NCBI GenBank assembly: GCA_002269645.1
Contig: NIVC01002414.1
Span: 1-64,000, forward strand
From: Macrostomum lignano
Lineage: Eukaryota
DNA length: 64,000 nucleotides
Direction: 5' to 3'
Shown here: positions 49,601 through 62,784 of the stretch, in pieces
How the letters are laid out: every line of letters starts with the position of its first letter
How positions within the stretch are numbered: the first letter of the stretch is position 1
The notes under the pieces: generated by a model
The model's database searches: none
What the model was told of the DNA's origin: nothing
What the model saw: the letters and a program-made list of their open reading frames with translations, nothing else
Translations under genes and position numbers: made by a program

Positions 49601-52600
49601 CTCCTCTCAGCCTTCTTCCTTTCGCCGCGCTCCCAAAGCTCTCGGCATCACGTGAGAAGAATTATTTGAACAAAAAACTGGTCACGAAGGATGGGCGTGT
49701 CATGATATTGCTCTTCTAGTTCCCTCACTGCGATGGCGAGAGAATCTTCGATATTTTTCCCTGAAGAAAGACCAATTCCCACATGTGAACTTTACTTCTC
49801 AATCTAATACTCTACTTCTCAACCCCAGTCTATCTATCACTCTACCTCTCAATCTCAGTTCATCTAACACTCTACCTATCAACCTCAGTCTATCTAACAC
49901 TCTACATCTAATCTCAGACTATCTAACGCTGTTTTTCCCAGAGCCATCTCAAAGTACTTTCATTTCCATTGAAAAACATTGCACATACCTGTCACCGTAG
50001 CGTTTCATCAGCAGCGCCCTTGTGGCAGCCACGACGTCTGGCAACGCCGCGAAGGCTTCAAGTCGACCTCGAAGCCGGTTGGCGCACTGGTCCGGCAAAC
50101 GTCGAGGCGACAGGGCGCCGGTGAAAGCGGCGACAGCCGAAGAAATTTCGTCGCTAAGCGACGGGAGGTCGTTCAAAATGATGGCGAAAAATCGGCGACC
50201 GCGACTGGTGCTGGCGTTGCGATCTGCGCAGGTGATTATCAGGGTGTAGGTGATTGTTGACACCTGAGTATCAGGTGATTATCCTGTGTTTATCAGAGTG
50301 TGGGGGATTAGTGGCCACATCTGCTCATCATCAACCAGAAGCTCACCGTCTCCATCGCACACAACGTCGTCATCATCGTCAACTCGATCAACATCATCCA
50401 ATTCGTCGTCCTCATCCAGGTCGCAGTCGGTCTCCATCCGGGCCAGGCTGCGGCAAGCCAGCTGAGTCAGGCTGTCCAGCTTGGACCGACAGGTGGTCAG
50501 CGAAGCCGCCAGCCAATCAGCGAGTGCAGCCAAGGGCGCTTCTAATTGGCTGGCCGTCACGCGACAGGCGCCGCCCCGCCTGCCAGCCAGCCAATCGGAG
50601 AGCTCGGCGCAGCACAGGGCCACCGCTCTCAGGCAGGGCTGCAACAGCTGCGGCGTAGGCGGTGTTACTAAGGATGCCGCTGTTGTTAGGCTGTTGCTAT
50701 AACTACGACGAAGACGACGACTTGTTGACGATTGGGAAGACAAAGCGAGGTGACGATCGAAGGCGCGTAACCACTCGGTCTGTTATTTGAGTTGTTTGTG
50801 TAGGATTGCAGCAGTTTTGGCGGGCGGAAGCTGGACACTAGACGTATGAAAATGCTCCATACGTCTCAAAATGAGCTCAATAGGTCTAAAAAATGAGCTC
50901 AAAATTGTTCAACACAAGCTTAATACGTTTCAAAATAATAATAATAATACAAAATATACTACCTCTGCCCTAATGGCCAGATGTGCAACCGACAGCTCAG
51001 CCGCAGCGATTGTGCGGCGCATCTGAAGGCTGCGTACGGCTGTTCAGTCCAAGGACTGGGGGGGGGGGGGTTGCCACACACACCCTGAGTTACCCCAGCT
51101 AATGCTGGCACCCATTTTACGGCTGGGGGAACTCAAGCAATGCAGAGTGAAGTGTCTCTTACTCAAGGACACAAATTGTTCCGAGTGGGTCGAGAATCGA
51201 ACCCCCGACTTTTCAGTCATGAGTCCGACGCTCTGACCACTAAGCTACAGCCCCCTCTAAGCTACAGCCCCCTCTAAACTACAACCCCCTCTAAGCTAAA
51301 ACCCCCTCTAAGCTACAACCCCCTCTAAGCTACAGCCCCCTCTAAGCTACAGCCCCCCCTAAGCTACAGCCCCCTCTAAGCTACAGCCCCCTCTAAGCTA
51401 CAGCCCCCTCTAAGCTACAGCCCCCTCTAAGCTACAGCCCCCTCTAAGCTACAGCCCCCTCTAAGCTACAACCCCAAAATGTGAACTCAACACTGCCCCA
51501 AAAGAGGAACTCAAGAAAGCCGAACAAAGCTTCCAAGAATCGCCAATCAGCTTTGCCTAGCCATCCCCAGCTGACTTACCTGACAAGCGTGCAGCTGCAG
51601 GCGCAGAGCCAGAGACTGCAGGCAGGGTAGCAGTGCGGCAGGCTTGGCGGGGAACAGGCCGCTAGTCTCGCTAGCTGTCACTCGAACCGCATCAGCCATA
51701 GCGCCAACAGCTGACGGGGGCAGCAGCCACAGGCAGCCTAGATTATTATCCCTATCGCTGTCATCAGACACGGGGCCCCAGCTCAGGCCGATGGTCCGGT
51801 AAGGATGAAATCGATAGTCAATCTGACGCCAGACAAGCTCCAGATACTTGCCAACAACGTGATGCCTGACTGGCACGTCTGAATAATCCGACCAGCGAAC
51901 GCCTTTCTTTTTCTTCTTTTTAGCCGCAGGCGGTGCGTCTGCAGTTGAAGTCGAAGTGGCGGCCAGAGACGATTGAGCCTGCTGCGGCGGTAGCGGAGGC
52001 GGTGGCGGAGGCGGCGCCGCTGACTGACTCGGAGGTGAATGCGGCTGCGGCTGTGGCGGCGGCGACTGAGGCCCCGGCGGCTCAGAGTTCAAACCGCTGA
52101 CCAGATTCTCCACGGTGTCATCTTTGCGTAGCAGGCCGCCGACAACGGTGGAATGGCTGCCGCCAATGGTGCTTGTGTCGGATTCGGCGCTTGAGCCGCC
52201 CTGGCGCGGCAGCAGCTGGGTGCTCTGCGCCAGACAGTCAAGCAGGCCGCTGGCAAAGTCCCACTCTGCTCGAAGCCAATCGGTTATGGGACACGTCTGA
52301 GCCGACAGGAGGGCCACGGCGGCGGCGGATGCGGAGGCTTGGGCGGCGTCAACGTCGACTGGGTGGTTGGGCGATGGTGACGGTGTTGACTATGCTTTTT
52401 CAAACTTTATCAGGTTCTTTTCTGATAATTGGATTCTCTTTGATGCTAATCTGATTCTGTTCTATGCTAATCCGATTCTCTTTGGTGCTAATCCGATTCC
52501 GTTCCGTGCTAATCCGATTCCGTTCTGTGCTAATCCGATTCTGTTCTGTGCTAATCCGATTCTGTTCTGTGCTAATCCGATTCTGTTCTGGAGGGGGAAC

Positions 52601-55247
52601 AGTGCTAGTCTACATACACTAAATCTGCTACTAGGCAGTCACTCACGGCCCCTAAGGGGGACACAGTGCTAGTCCACATACAATAAATCTGCTACTAGGC
52701 AGTCACTCGCGGCCCCCAAGGGGGACACAGTGCTAGTCCACATACACTAAATCTGCTACTACTCACGGCCCCTAAGGGGGACACAGTGCTAGTCCACATA
52801 CACTAAATCTGCTACTACTCACGGCCCCTAAGGGGGACACAGTGCTAGTCCACATACACTAAATCTGCTACTACTCACGGCCCCTAAGGGGGACACAGTG
52901 CTAGTCCACATACACTAAATCTGCTACTACTCACGGCCCCTAAGGGGGACACAGTGCTAGTCCGCATACACTAAATCTGCTACTACTCACGGCCCCTAAG
53001 GGGGACACAGTGCTAGTCCAAATACACTAAATCTCCTATTACAGGTTATCACTCACCGCCAGTGCCGCAGTCGGCAATTGCATCGGCCAATCCATCGCAG
53101 TTAAAGTAGAACCGGTGCACCGCAACCTCCGGCGCTTCGGCTCGCTCCTCCGCCAGCCGGTTGATCAGCCGGGCGAACGTCACCGGTCGAAGATCTTCAA
53201 CAGCCTCTGACGGAGCGGCAAACTCGGCCAGATTCGAGCATCGCCTATTAAGCAGACGGCGCTGCCATTTCACCTGGTCGAGAGTGCTGTTAAATTCTTC
53301 GAGGCCGCGGCAAAGTTCGAATAGATCCTCCCGAGTGTGCCGGGCCAAGCCCGTGCGGGCGAGCACACTGAGACTGGCCTGTGGTTTTATTTATGAATTC
53401 TTATTAAATAGCCGAATAACGCTGGGTCACAGAGGCTCGAATCACCTCGGATCCCACATTTAACCCGAGATGACAAGCTCTACGTAAATCCCAAATCCCA
53501 GATCAGAAACCATCAGATTGTAAATTATTTTTTATTACAGTTCCATTCGCCAAAATATTAGACACGACACAAAATCTTAGATCTCAAAGCGCTATATTCC
53601 AAACCCCTAGATCCTATATCTCTAGATGCTATATCCCTAGATCCTATATCCTTAGACCGAGATCCCTAGATTCTAGATCCCTAGATCCTAGTTCCTAGAT
53701 TCTAGATCCATTAGATTCTAGATCCCTAGATCCTAGTTCCTAGATCCCTTGATCTTAGATCCCTAGATCCTATAACCCTAGATCCTATAACCCTAGATCC
53801 CTTGATCTTAGATCCCTAGATCCTATATCCCTAGATCGAGATTCTTAGATTCTAGATCTCTAGATTTTAAATCCCTAGATCCTAGTTCCTAGATCATAGA
53901 TCCCTTGATCCTAGATCCTTTGATCCTAGATCCTAGATCCCTTGATCCTGGATCCCTAGATCCCTAGATCCTAGATATTTGACTCTAGACCCCAAAAAAT
54001 CCCCCAAAGCATCCACATCCCAAATTGCACAGAAGCAACAAACCTGCAGAAAAGCCCTAGTAGACGCCAAGGCCCGATACAGCAGCCTATCCGCTGAGTC
54101 TTTATACGCAGCCAGGGCGGGCCTAGCCAAAGGCAGGCACTCCTGCAGTGGCGCGCTAGCCTGCACGTAGGATCGAACGTGTTGAGCATGACTCAGACTG
54201 GCTCTGAGGCGCTCGCACAGGGCCCTAGCCGAGCCCAGCTTCGAGCTGACAACGGCGGCGCAATCGTAGCGACTGGCGCCCGAGGCAGACGATGATGAAG
54301 AAGGGCGCCTGGCGTCCACCAGCTGGTTGGCCTCGTGATCTCGGATACGATCGATTTGATCGGCTAGCAGTGCCAGGTCGCGCAGTCGGTTGGCAATCTG
54401 GAAAAGAAAGGAGTGAGCACACGATTAGGATTGATCTCAATCTAGTTGAGATGAAAATGAAGTCATCTAGACATCTCGATTTGAGCATCTAGACATCTCG
54501 ATTTGAGCATCTAGACATATCAATTTGAGAATCTAGACATCTTGATTTGGGATCTATTAATTTCGAATTGGACATTCATAGATCTCTCAACTTGGACATC
54601 TATAGATCTCTAGACTTGGACACCTATAGATCTTAACTTGGATAACTATAGATCTCAACTTGGACATCTGTAGATCTCAACTTGGACATCTACAGATACG
54701 AACCCGTCGCCTTCCCCATCACCTTTCTATCCAGCTCCAGCAGGTGCAGTCGCCTCTCCAACTCGTGCAATCTCTGCAGGCCGGTGTGAAACCTTGGCAA
54801 CGCGCCGGCGTGTCTCATAGCCAGGCTGTCCGCCCCGCTGCAATGCAGGGTGACGCCAAGTGCCGGCTGGTTGACAAACTTCGCCGTGGCCTCCCTCAGG
54901 GCGTCTCTCAACGCGTCCTGATCAAGTCGGACCCAACGGCGAGGGCCGGGCATCGGGAAGCGACTCGGAGGCGACGGCGAAGAAAAATCTGGCGACTTTG
55001 AAGTTGCCGCAGTTGCAGCTGCAGCAGCGGCAGCGTCTTGGCGCATCAAGTAGTTGCGAGCGGAGGATGACGCTGATCGATGCTTCAACGGCGGCTGCGT
55101 CGTCGTCGGCGGTGGCGTCGCCATCTGGTCGTCATCTTTGTAGCTAAAATTGTCACTGTTGCCAGACTCGGGATTGTTGGCTGACGGCTCGTCTTCGACC
55201 GGTTTGGCTCGGCCGATGCTGCCGAGCAGGGCTCGAGTAGTTGTCAT
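46646..55247 (-). CDS. Large multi-exon, Ala/Leu-rich helical protein (tentatively CCDC142-like; unconfirmed)
   Basis: Coding blocks at about 55247-54700, 54398-54043, 53365-53056, 52380-51581, 50790-50290, 50265-49990, 48125-47368 and a probable last exon about 46723-46646, with GT donors (GTTTGT, GTGAGT, GTAAGT, GTGAGC). Coiled-coil LQRLHELERRLHLLELDR; KKKKGVRWSD...GKYLELVWRQI. The family assignment is from recall only. Confidence 0.65.
46820..47360. repeat. Complex GACAGACAGAGT-type intronic repeat
   Basis: Degenerate CAGA-derived units. Confidence 0.88.
48197..49300. repeat. 21-bp intronic minisatellite (ATTCTATCTCAATCCCTACCG)
   Basis: About 50 tandem copies. Source of the FYLNPYR ORFs. 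Confidence 0.96.
50935..51256 (-). mobile_element. Mirror copy of the tRNA-derived CORE-like SINE
   Basis: Reverse complement of 43371-43692. Confidence 0.8.
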
Positions 55248-55939
55248 GCAGGCAAGTAACAGTGGGGACTTTGAATGTGCTTTTAAAGCTTTGAATGTAC
55301 TTTTACAAATTGAATGTACTTTCAAAGTTTTTAATGTACTTTTACAAATTGAATGTTCTTCTGGTAAAGTAAATTGCCTAAAGTGCAAAACAGTGGAGCT
55401 TGGAGCTAACTGCCTAATATCTAATCTCATACTGATCTCAATGGATTGGAGATGATTCCATAGAATCTAATCTCATACTGATCTTAATGGATTGGAGATG
55501 ATTGCCTAATATCTAATCTCATATTGATCTAATCTCATATTGATTTAAGCTCATACTGATCAAATCTCATACAGATCTAATCTAATACTGATCTAATCTT
55601 AATGGATTAGAGCTGATTGCTTCGTGTCTATTCTTATACTCTTAATTCCAAGGTAAGAGATTGATCTGTAGAAATCTATTCTCACACTCCCATCTTACCC
55701 TAAATTAACAGAGAGGGTCTGACACTGCCTCACATCTAATCTCACCCTGATCTCGATGACAATAAGTAGATTATTGAGCTTCTAGTCTAGAGCTAATTCT
55801 AGCATTTTTTCTGCTTCAACTAAAAGTTCTTTTAATAAATACTGAGCAGAAAATCAAAAATTCAATATTTTATATTCGATATTTTAAACAATAGCTATAA
55901 TGTAATCGCACTCGAAAGCCTAGTAGCTCGTAGTAGGCA

Positions 55940-56743
55940 TATTGTCCCATGACTGAGCGTGCGTTGAAAAAATTCTTCGTCACAGCACTGTACTTTATTA
56001 TCTGCACGCTTTTTGTTCCTGCAGCTAGGAGTTCCTACCATAGACATCTTCTTAGTGACCATAGACAATTTCTTGCTATGCACAAGCTTCTGATCGTGAG
56101 TTTGGCCACATATGGATTCATTATTTCCTAACGGCATGAGAAGCGGCATGACGGCCGGTGAGATCTCCCACCATTTGGAGTGGGCCGACGTTGAGAAGCT
56201 TGTGGACGAGCAGTTACGTCTTCAATCAACTAGTGTGGACGACAACGAGGAGCTGAACCGCCTATTCGACTCCATCCCTGATTTGAACGACGACTTGGCC
56301 TCGGTCGACCTTGACGCATCAATCCGGGCGCTGGAGCAAGAGACCGATGTCAAATCGTCTAAGAAGCATGAGGCCCAATACGTCGCGAAATTTCGCGATT
56401 TCTTGGCCAAGTATCCGCACCTGCGCGTCGATTTGGACACCTCGCAACCTGAGGAGCTGAGCGTTGGCCTGCGCTACTTTTACGGCACTCTTCGCAAGAC
56501 TGATGGCCAGCCGTATGCTCCTAGCAGCCTCGTGTGCACGTTGCTTGCAAACTGCTGTTTTTTGTGGCGCTGTACGCTATTATCTGCACGCTTTTTCATT
56601 ATCTGCACGCTTTTTTCATTATCTGCACGCTTTTTTCATTATCTGCACGCTTTTTTGGCTACGCCGCATAGGGTTGGGCCATAGACTGTAAGATTAATGC
56701 ACGCTTTTTGGACCAAAAACGCACGCTCAGTCATGGGACAATA
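55940..56743 (+). mobile_element. Mirror copy of the Crypton/DUF3504-like inverted-repeat element
   Basis: Same 26-bp IRs at both ends. ORF 56112..56684. Confidence 0.75.
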
Positions 56744-59700
56744 AAGAGCATCGAATTTTAATTCAAGTAATAGAAAAAAACGTTTCAATGTAAAACAACA
56801 ATACTACGAGTATAAATAAAATAGAAAACTTTAGACTAAAACACATAGCATTGCCATGGCAGTCAGACTAACTAAGGCCGCCATTTTGTGAGCTCAAGTA
56901 TAACATCGTCGAAAGATGGATCTTTCAAAAGGCCGAAAATTCACAATCTGGAGAAGTTTCTTTGCCACTTTCCTCTCTATAACTATTTTTAAAAGGTTTA
57001 AATATAGCGACTTCAGTCAAACAAATAAGTTTGTCAGCTTTCAAACTAAACTGCGTTTGGCCAGCGCTTTTCAACAGTTTCAGTCCCGATGTCCTGTTGA
57101 ATCTCCATCTCTGTTGCTTAGCCGTGGATCTCCCGACGACCTTCAAAAGAACTCTAGAAAAAGAGTCAGTGAGACTGCAGTCAACGCTAACAGAGAAGTT
57201 AAGAGAGAAACAGAAAGTCAGATAGACAGAGCCAGTTCCTCCCTTGCCTCCCTGTGCTTTTAAAACTTTTTTTCTGCTTTCAGCTTCTTTCCTCTTGCAG
57301 AAGAAGAAAAACACAGCATCTCTGCACTTGCGTGGGAGTAAGCGCGCTCTAAGGATAGAAGGCTGTGAGTTGGGAAAATTGGCGCGATTCCCACGGCACT
57401 TCCTCTTAAGCAATGCTCCGCTGCCGTCGAGGTGAAGCAAGTTTTTCTCCCTATAATTACTGCTGCGATGCGCGCTCTTTTGTGTGTACTTTTATGGGAT
57501 TATTATGATTTCAAATCGCATTTTTGTTTGAGACGTGAAAAATTCACAAGTCTGATTTGAGTAACTAATAAATTAATCATTTGCGAAAATATTTCCTTTT
57601 TAATTTTCTAAAAAGTGTATAAACTGAACGTGTTGGAGGATTTTTTTACAAAATCTAAAACCTTGGTGAAAGAATTTCGAGTCATAGTAAGCGAATTTTC
57701 TAGATGCTTTTACTGAGCATCGTTTGGACGTGTACTTTTTTCTGAAAATCTGTACTTATAAAAAGATTTGTACTTTTGAGAGGATCTGTACTTTTGAGAG
57801 GATCTGCACTTCTGAGAGGATCTGTACTTCTGAGAGGATCTGTACTTCTGAGAGGATCTGTACTTCTGAGAGGATCTGTACTTTTGAGAGGATCTGTACT
57901 TTTGAGAGGATCTGTACTTCTGAGAGGATCTGTACTTCTGAGAGGATCTGTACTTTTGAGAGGATCTGTACTTCTGAGAGGATCTGTACTTCTGAGAGGA
58001 TCTGTACTTTTGAGAGGATCTGTACTTCTGAGAGTATCTGTACTTCTGACTTCTGAGAGGATCTGTACTTTTGAGAGGATCTGCACTTCTGAGAGGATCT
58101 GTACTTCTGAGAGGGTTTGTACTCTCAAGAAGATATGTAATTTTTAAGGTAGATTTGAACGTTTAAGAGGATCTAAAATTTTAGAGATTTTTACACCTAA
58201 AACAACCTAAAACAAACATAAATTGAACATAGAGTCAAAGAATGCCGATATTTAAGAGCTCTTGTGTCAATATTTCAAAAAGCACCAGTGTCAGCATTGA
58301 CCATTCCTCCGTTAGTTGGGGGGAGGGCGTTTCAAAACCTCAAAAATTCTTCTATGCTAGATAGATAAAAAATTAAGCAAACCCGACAGTAAAATCGGTA
58401 GATTCTGATGCTTTATACTGAGAGATCTGGCTCAGAGCTATGGCTATCAGATATATAGAATATATAGAGAAGAGTCTATGTAAGAAGTGAGCGACGACGA
58501 TCGCAGAGGATGAAGGGTGGGCATCGATCTTTATAGGGCGCGCACATGCAAGACTAGATGGAGCACCATCGATCAGGGAAGCGGCCTGGGGGGGGGGAAG
58601 GCAGGGAGGGTTCAGACTGCTGAGCCTTAAATCTTCAAACAAAATATCGCAGCAGCGATTCTTCGGTTGAATTCTGAGCCATAAAATCCACCGAATCCTT
58701 AAAGTTTCCAACCCCTTTCGTCTCCAAATCGTCAGTCAAGCTTGAAAAAATTCGCCGGTCACAGAAATGTTTGACGTCAGATCCCTTGCAAGCTAAATCT
58801 TACTGTCCCGGTCAGTCTAAAACATAAACAAACCCGAAATCTGTACTTTTTAAGGTATTTTCGTGGGGAATCTTCAAGGAACTCCAAGCATTTGTTTAGC
58901 ATAAGAATACTTTTCTAACTGTTTCTGTAATTGGATTACACAATCAGATGCCTTTTATTTTTGACTTTTATTCTAAATTCTGCAAGCCATATTTCGTGCT
59001 GTGATGAATGAAATAAGTATCGAGAAATGAATTCAAAAATGTTATATTCACAATATCATGTAAAATCTATTCAAAATGAAAACTGTAAGTATAACTTCTT
59101 AGTTACATCCTTTAGGACCTTAGCAAAGTTGTCCTGGCAAATTTTCATACAAAGGACTAAAAAATTCTTTAATCCATTAAACAATAGGCAAAATATAAAA
59201 TATAGGTTAGGGTATGTAATTTAGGTCATTTGTAAATATGTAAATGCAAAGATGTGAATGATAAATGTAAAAAACTAAAAAACAGTGTTAATATTCTTCT
59301 CAATTAGAACTGAGATTACATGTTTCTACTTTAAAAAAACTGAAATGAAATATTTTATAGCAAAGCATAAAAAGCAATAACATTTTTATAATATTTGTGA
59401 TGATTTTTTGGTTTATAGTAATACTCCCTCCAGATTAAAAAGGTTAACCAATGCCAATAACATAATAAACCAAGATCACCATTATCTAAACTGGATAGCT
59501 GGACAAATTTCACAAAACTGGGTGTGATAAGATTTTCATGGCTTGATTGAAGTGATGGAATAATTTTGTAAAGCAAAAAAAATTCCGACAACCTAAATTC
59601 AACTGTTCTAGCCATATAGATATAGTGATTAATAAATTAACCAGTTTAAAAATATGTTTACATTAAAAAACTATGATACATTAAAACGTCCGTTTTCTCC

Positions 59701-62700
59701 AAAAAAAATCTTTCTTTTCTGGAATTCCAGAAAAAAAGAAATCGTTATTTCTGGCAACAGTGCGAGCATTCATACTTTCAATTAAATGAGTGAAATAATA
59801 TCAGACTTCAAAAAAAGTTCAAAAGTTAGGATTAGAAATGTAAAGCTTTGATTTTTTACTGTCCTGTTGCGGTACTCAAATTATCTCATTATATATATAT
59901 AGGCCTACCTTGTAAAATTATTTAAAGTTAGTATGTTAACCTGTTCAAAACTATGAAGAGATATTCACTTTGATTTTGGTTTCGTTCAGGTAAAAGGCTC
60001 TGGCTTTACTTCAATAATACTGTCATTGAGAAGTTGTTGGTAGAAGCAATTTAAATAATGCATTTCGCGATATTTTTATAAAAATTAAAAATTGGTTTGT
60101 TGAATGACTCGGTAAGTTTTAATGCATTTTCCTTTTTACAAAAACCTATTTTAAATAGTAACTGATAGCGTTTTAATTAAAGAGCGCAAATATATAATAA
60201 AAGATGTAATAACTTTGGTATAATGAGCGTGACAAGTGCAATTTTTAATTTTAGTTCAGGTGCTGTTTTAAAAAATTCATTCGTGAATGCAAATTTATTT
60301 AGTCTTGGCGTTGGGGCTCTCTGTCTCTGACAACCAATCTTCAACTCAACTTTGATTGCTAGGCGTAATTTATGTAAATTATTTACTGCATTCACCGCTG
60401 CGTACCATTCCTTTTTAGTAAATGGAAGCAGTAATTACGGTTAGGGCCTATTGTAATATAAAGTGGCATATACTATTCAACGTTCTTTTAATAATAATTT
60501 ATTAATATGTTCTTTTATTAATAAGCCTTTTAATAAGCATCGTCATAGTTACAGTTGGGTAGATAGGCTAGCTGCCGAGTAGGTGCGCGGGAGGGGCTAG
60601 TATTAATTAATAGGTCTACTAGGCCTAGCCCTAGAAGTTTCATTTTTCGTCTTAGTAGGTTTAAGTGATAAGTCGTTTTAAGATGATTGCCAGTGAGTTT
60701 GGTGCCCATGATTTTTGATAGGCCCTATGTCCTGGTATTTTTTGGTGAATTATAAATAATCAAACTGTTAATATCTCCAATGCTAAGGGTTAGGCCAAGG
60801 CCAATTTCTAGGATTTTTAAAGGATGCTACACAATTTGATACACACATTAGACCCTAAATCAATTAGCCTACACTGCTACACCTTCCAACTAAGTTGATA
60901 CAATTTTTAATCAAATGAAAGTCTTTTTAAAATTGAAAACATATTATTAGCCTATCTTTAAAAACTATAAAGTAAATTATATTTTAATTGTATTAAAAAA
61001 GTTTTGTTTGTAGAGTCATGAGTCAATAAGGGGGGGGGGCTATGGGTTTTTTGCAAAGAATCTTAATTAGTCCTAGGCCTAAGTCTTTAAAATTATATAG
61101 CATACCAAAAAGCAAAATAGAGTCCTAGGGTTAGGCACATTAGATCTTTTTGTCAAGAGAAAGGCATTATCTTCCTAATATTCTAATTATATTAATATGA
61201 TATAGGTTTGTCTTGGGCCCCTATTAATTTTTGCACCTTCTTTCTATTATTTCTATAGGGAAAACTTATGCAATGCTTATTGCCTGCCCTACTCCCTTGT
61301 ACACTAACCCCCATCTCTTCTATTGTTCAAAATCAGTCATGGGTATGATAGCTTTATAAGCCCTTATCTTCCAAAGTTTTTCCTTGCTTATTTATTATAG
61401 GCTTATAATCTTCTATCATTAATAATTATTTTTTGTTATACCCCACCATCCCAATTTCTTTTCCAATCACAGTGTAGCTAGCAAATGATGTAATTAGGTT
61501 TGCTTAGTAAATAGAAGTTTGAGGCCTTCAATATCATATATTATATTTAAATGATCATGTGATATATGATTGTAGGGCTATTAATAGGAGCCTGTTTTAA
61601 ACCTTGAAAGAAAACTTAAATGAAAGAAAAGATTTACCTTATCCTTTACCTTTTACACTTTTGCTTTGCTATTCTCTGGGGTTTGGTCACTTGTGTTGTT
61701 TTGTTTTCTTGCAAGATTGAATCTGCTTCGTTTAAAAATTCAAAAACTTAGTATCCAAATAAGATTAAAATTTTATAACATTGAAAACTCATAGTAGCCA
61801 CTTTCACAAGGTCAAAATTTTTACTTCTTTAATTTCTATTTGAAGGAAGGAAAGAAATAAAGTAAGGTGTTTTACATGTCATTAAATTTTGAGTTTGTGA
61901 AACCACTACCTTCTCTTAGACTTATTCTTACTCCAGACCTCTAAATACTTTGATTGATCCTAGATCCTTAGGATCTCCTTAATAAGCACCCACTAACTGT
62001 CTTTTCTTTCTTGGCCCTAAATCAATTATCAAATTAGGAACCTAATTTCTTGTTTCATTTAGAATATATAGCAGGGTGATATTTTTGTTCCAACTTAGCT
62101 ACATAATAGTTTATACAATAGGAGTTAGGAGTAATCCATTCTACTATTCTATTCTAATACTATTATATGTATATTATATTTATAATTAATAATTTTGGAA
62201 ACTTAAATACTAGATTACATCTTTATGCCTGACTTGCAAATGTTATTCTTTTATAGATAATATTTTGTTAATTTATTTATTATGTTTAGACTAAACATTA
62301 TTAGCTAAGCTATTTTCCTAAAATTCTTATTGTTAGGTTATCCTCCTAGATCTTTGATTGCATACATGTGCAACCTTGGGAATCACTCAGCCATTTCTAT
62401 TGGCAAACACACATGTAAGTCGCTATTGGACAGAATAGTAGTCACGTGACTGCTCTCAGCCAATAGCAACTTACATGTGTGTGTTGCCAATAGAAATGGC
62501 TGGGTGAATCCCTAGATTGCACCCAAGCATGTTTGATTGCTTTTTCATTACTTACTGGGCCACCCTCCCAGATCCTCAGTTGCTGGGCCAGTCTCCCAGA
62601 TCCCCAGTTGCTGGGTCAGTCTCCCAGATCCCCAGTTGCTGGGCCAGTCTCCCAGATCCCTAGTTGCTGGGCCAGCCTCCCAGATCCTCAGTTGCTGGGC

Positions 62701-62784
62701 CAGTGGCAACCTCCTATATCGTTACAGCCATAAGTTTAGCCAACCTTCTGATCAAAAACTGCATGCACCATTAGCTGCGCAGCC

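Noticed and set aside
49445-49770. Possible small TIR element (TAGGGTAAAA ... TTTTTCCCTG)
   Set aside because: Only a weak 8/10 terminal match, with no TSD.
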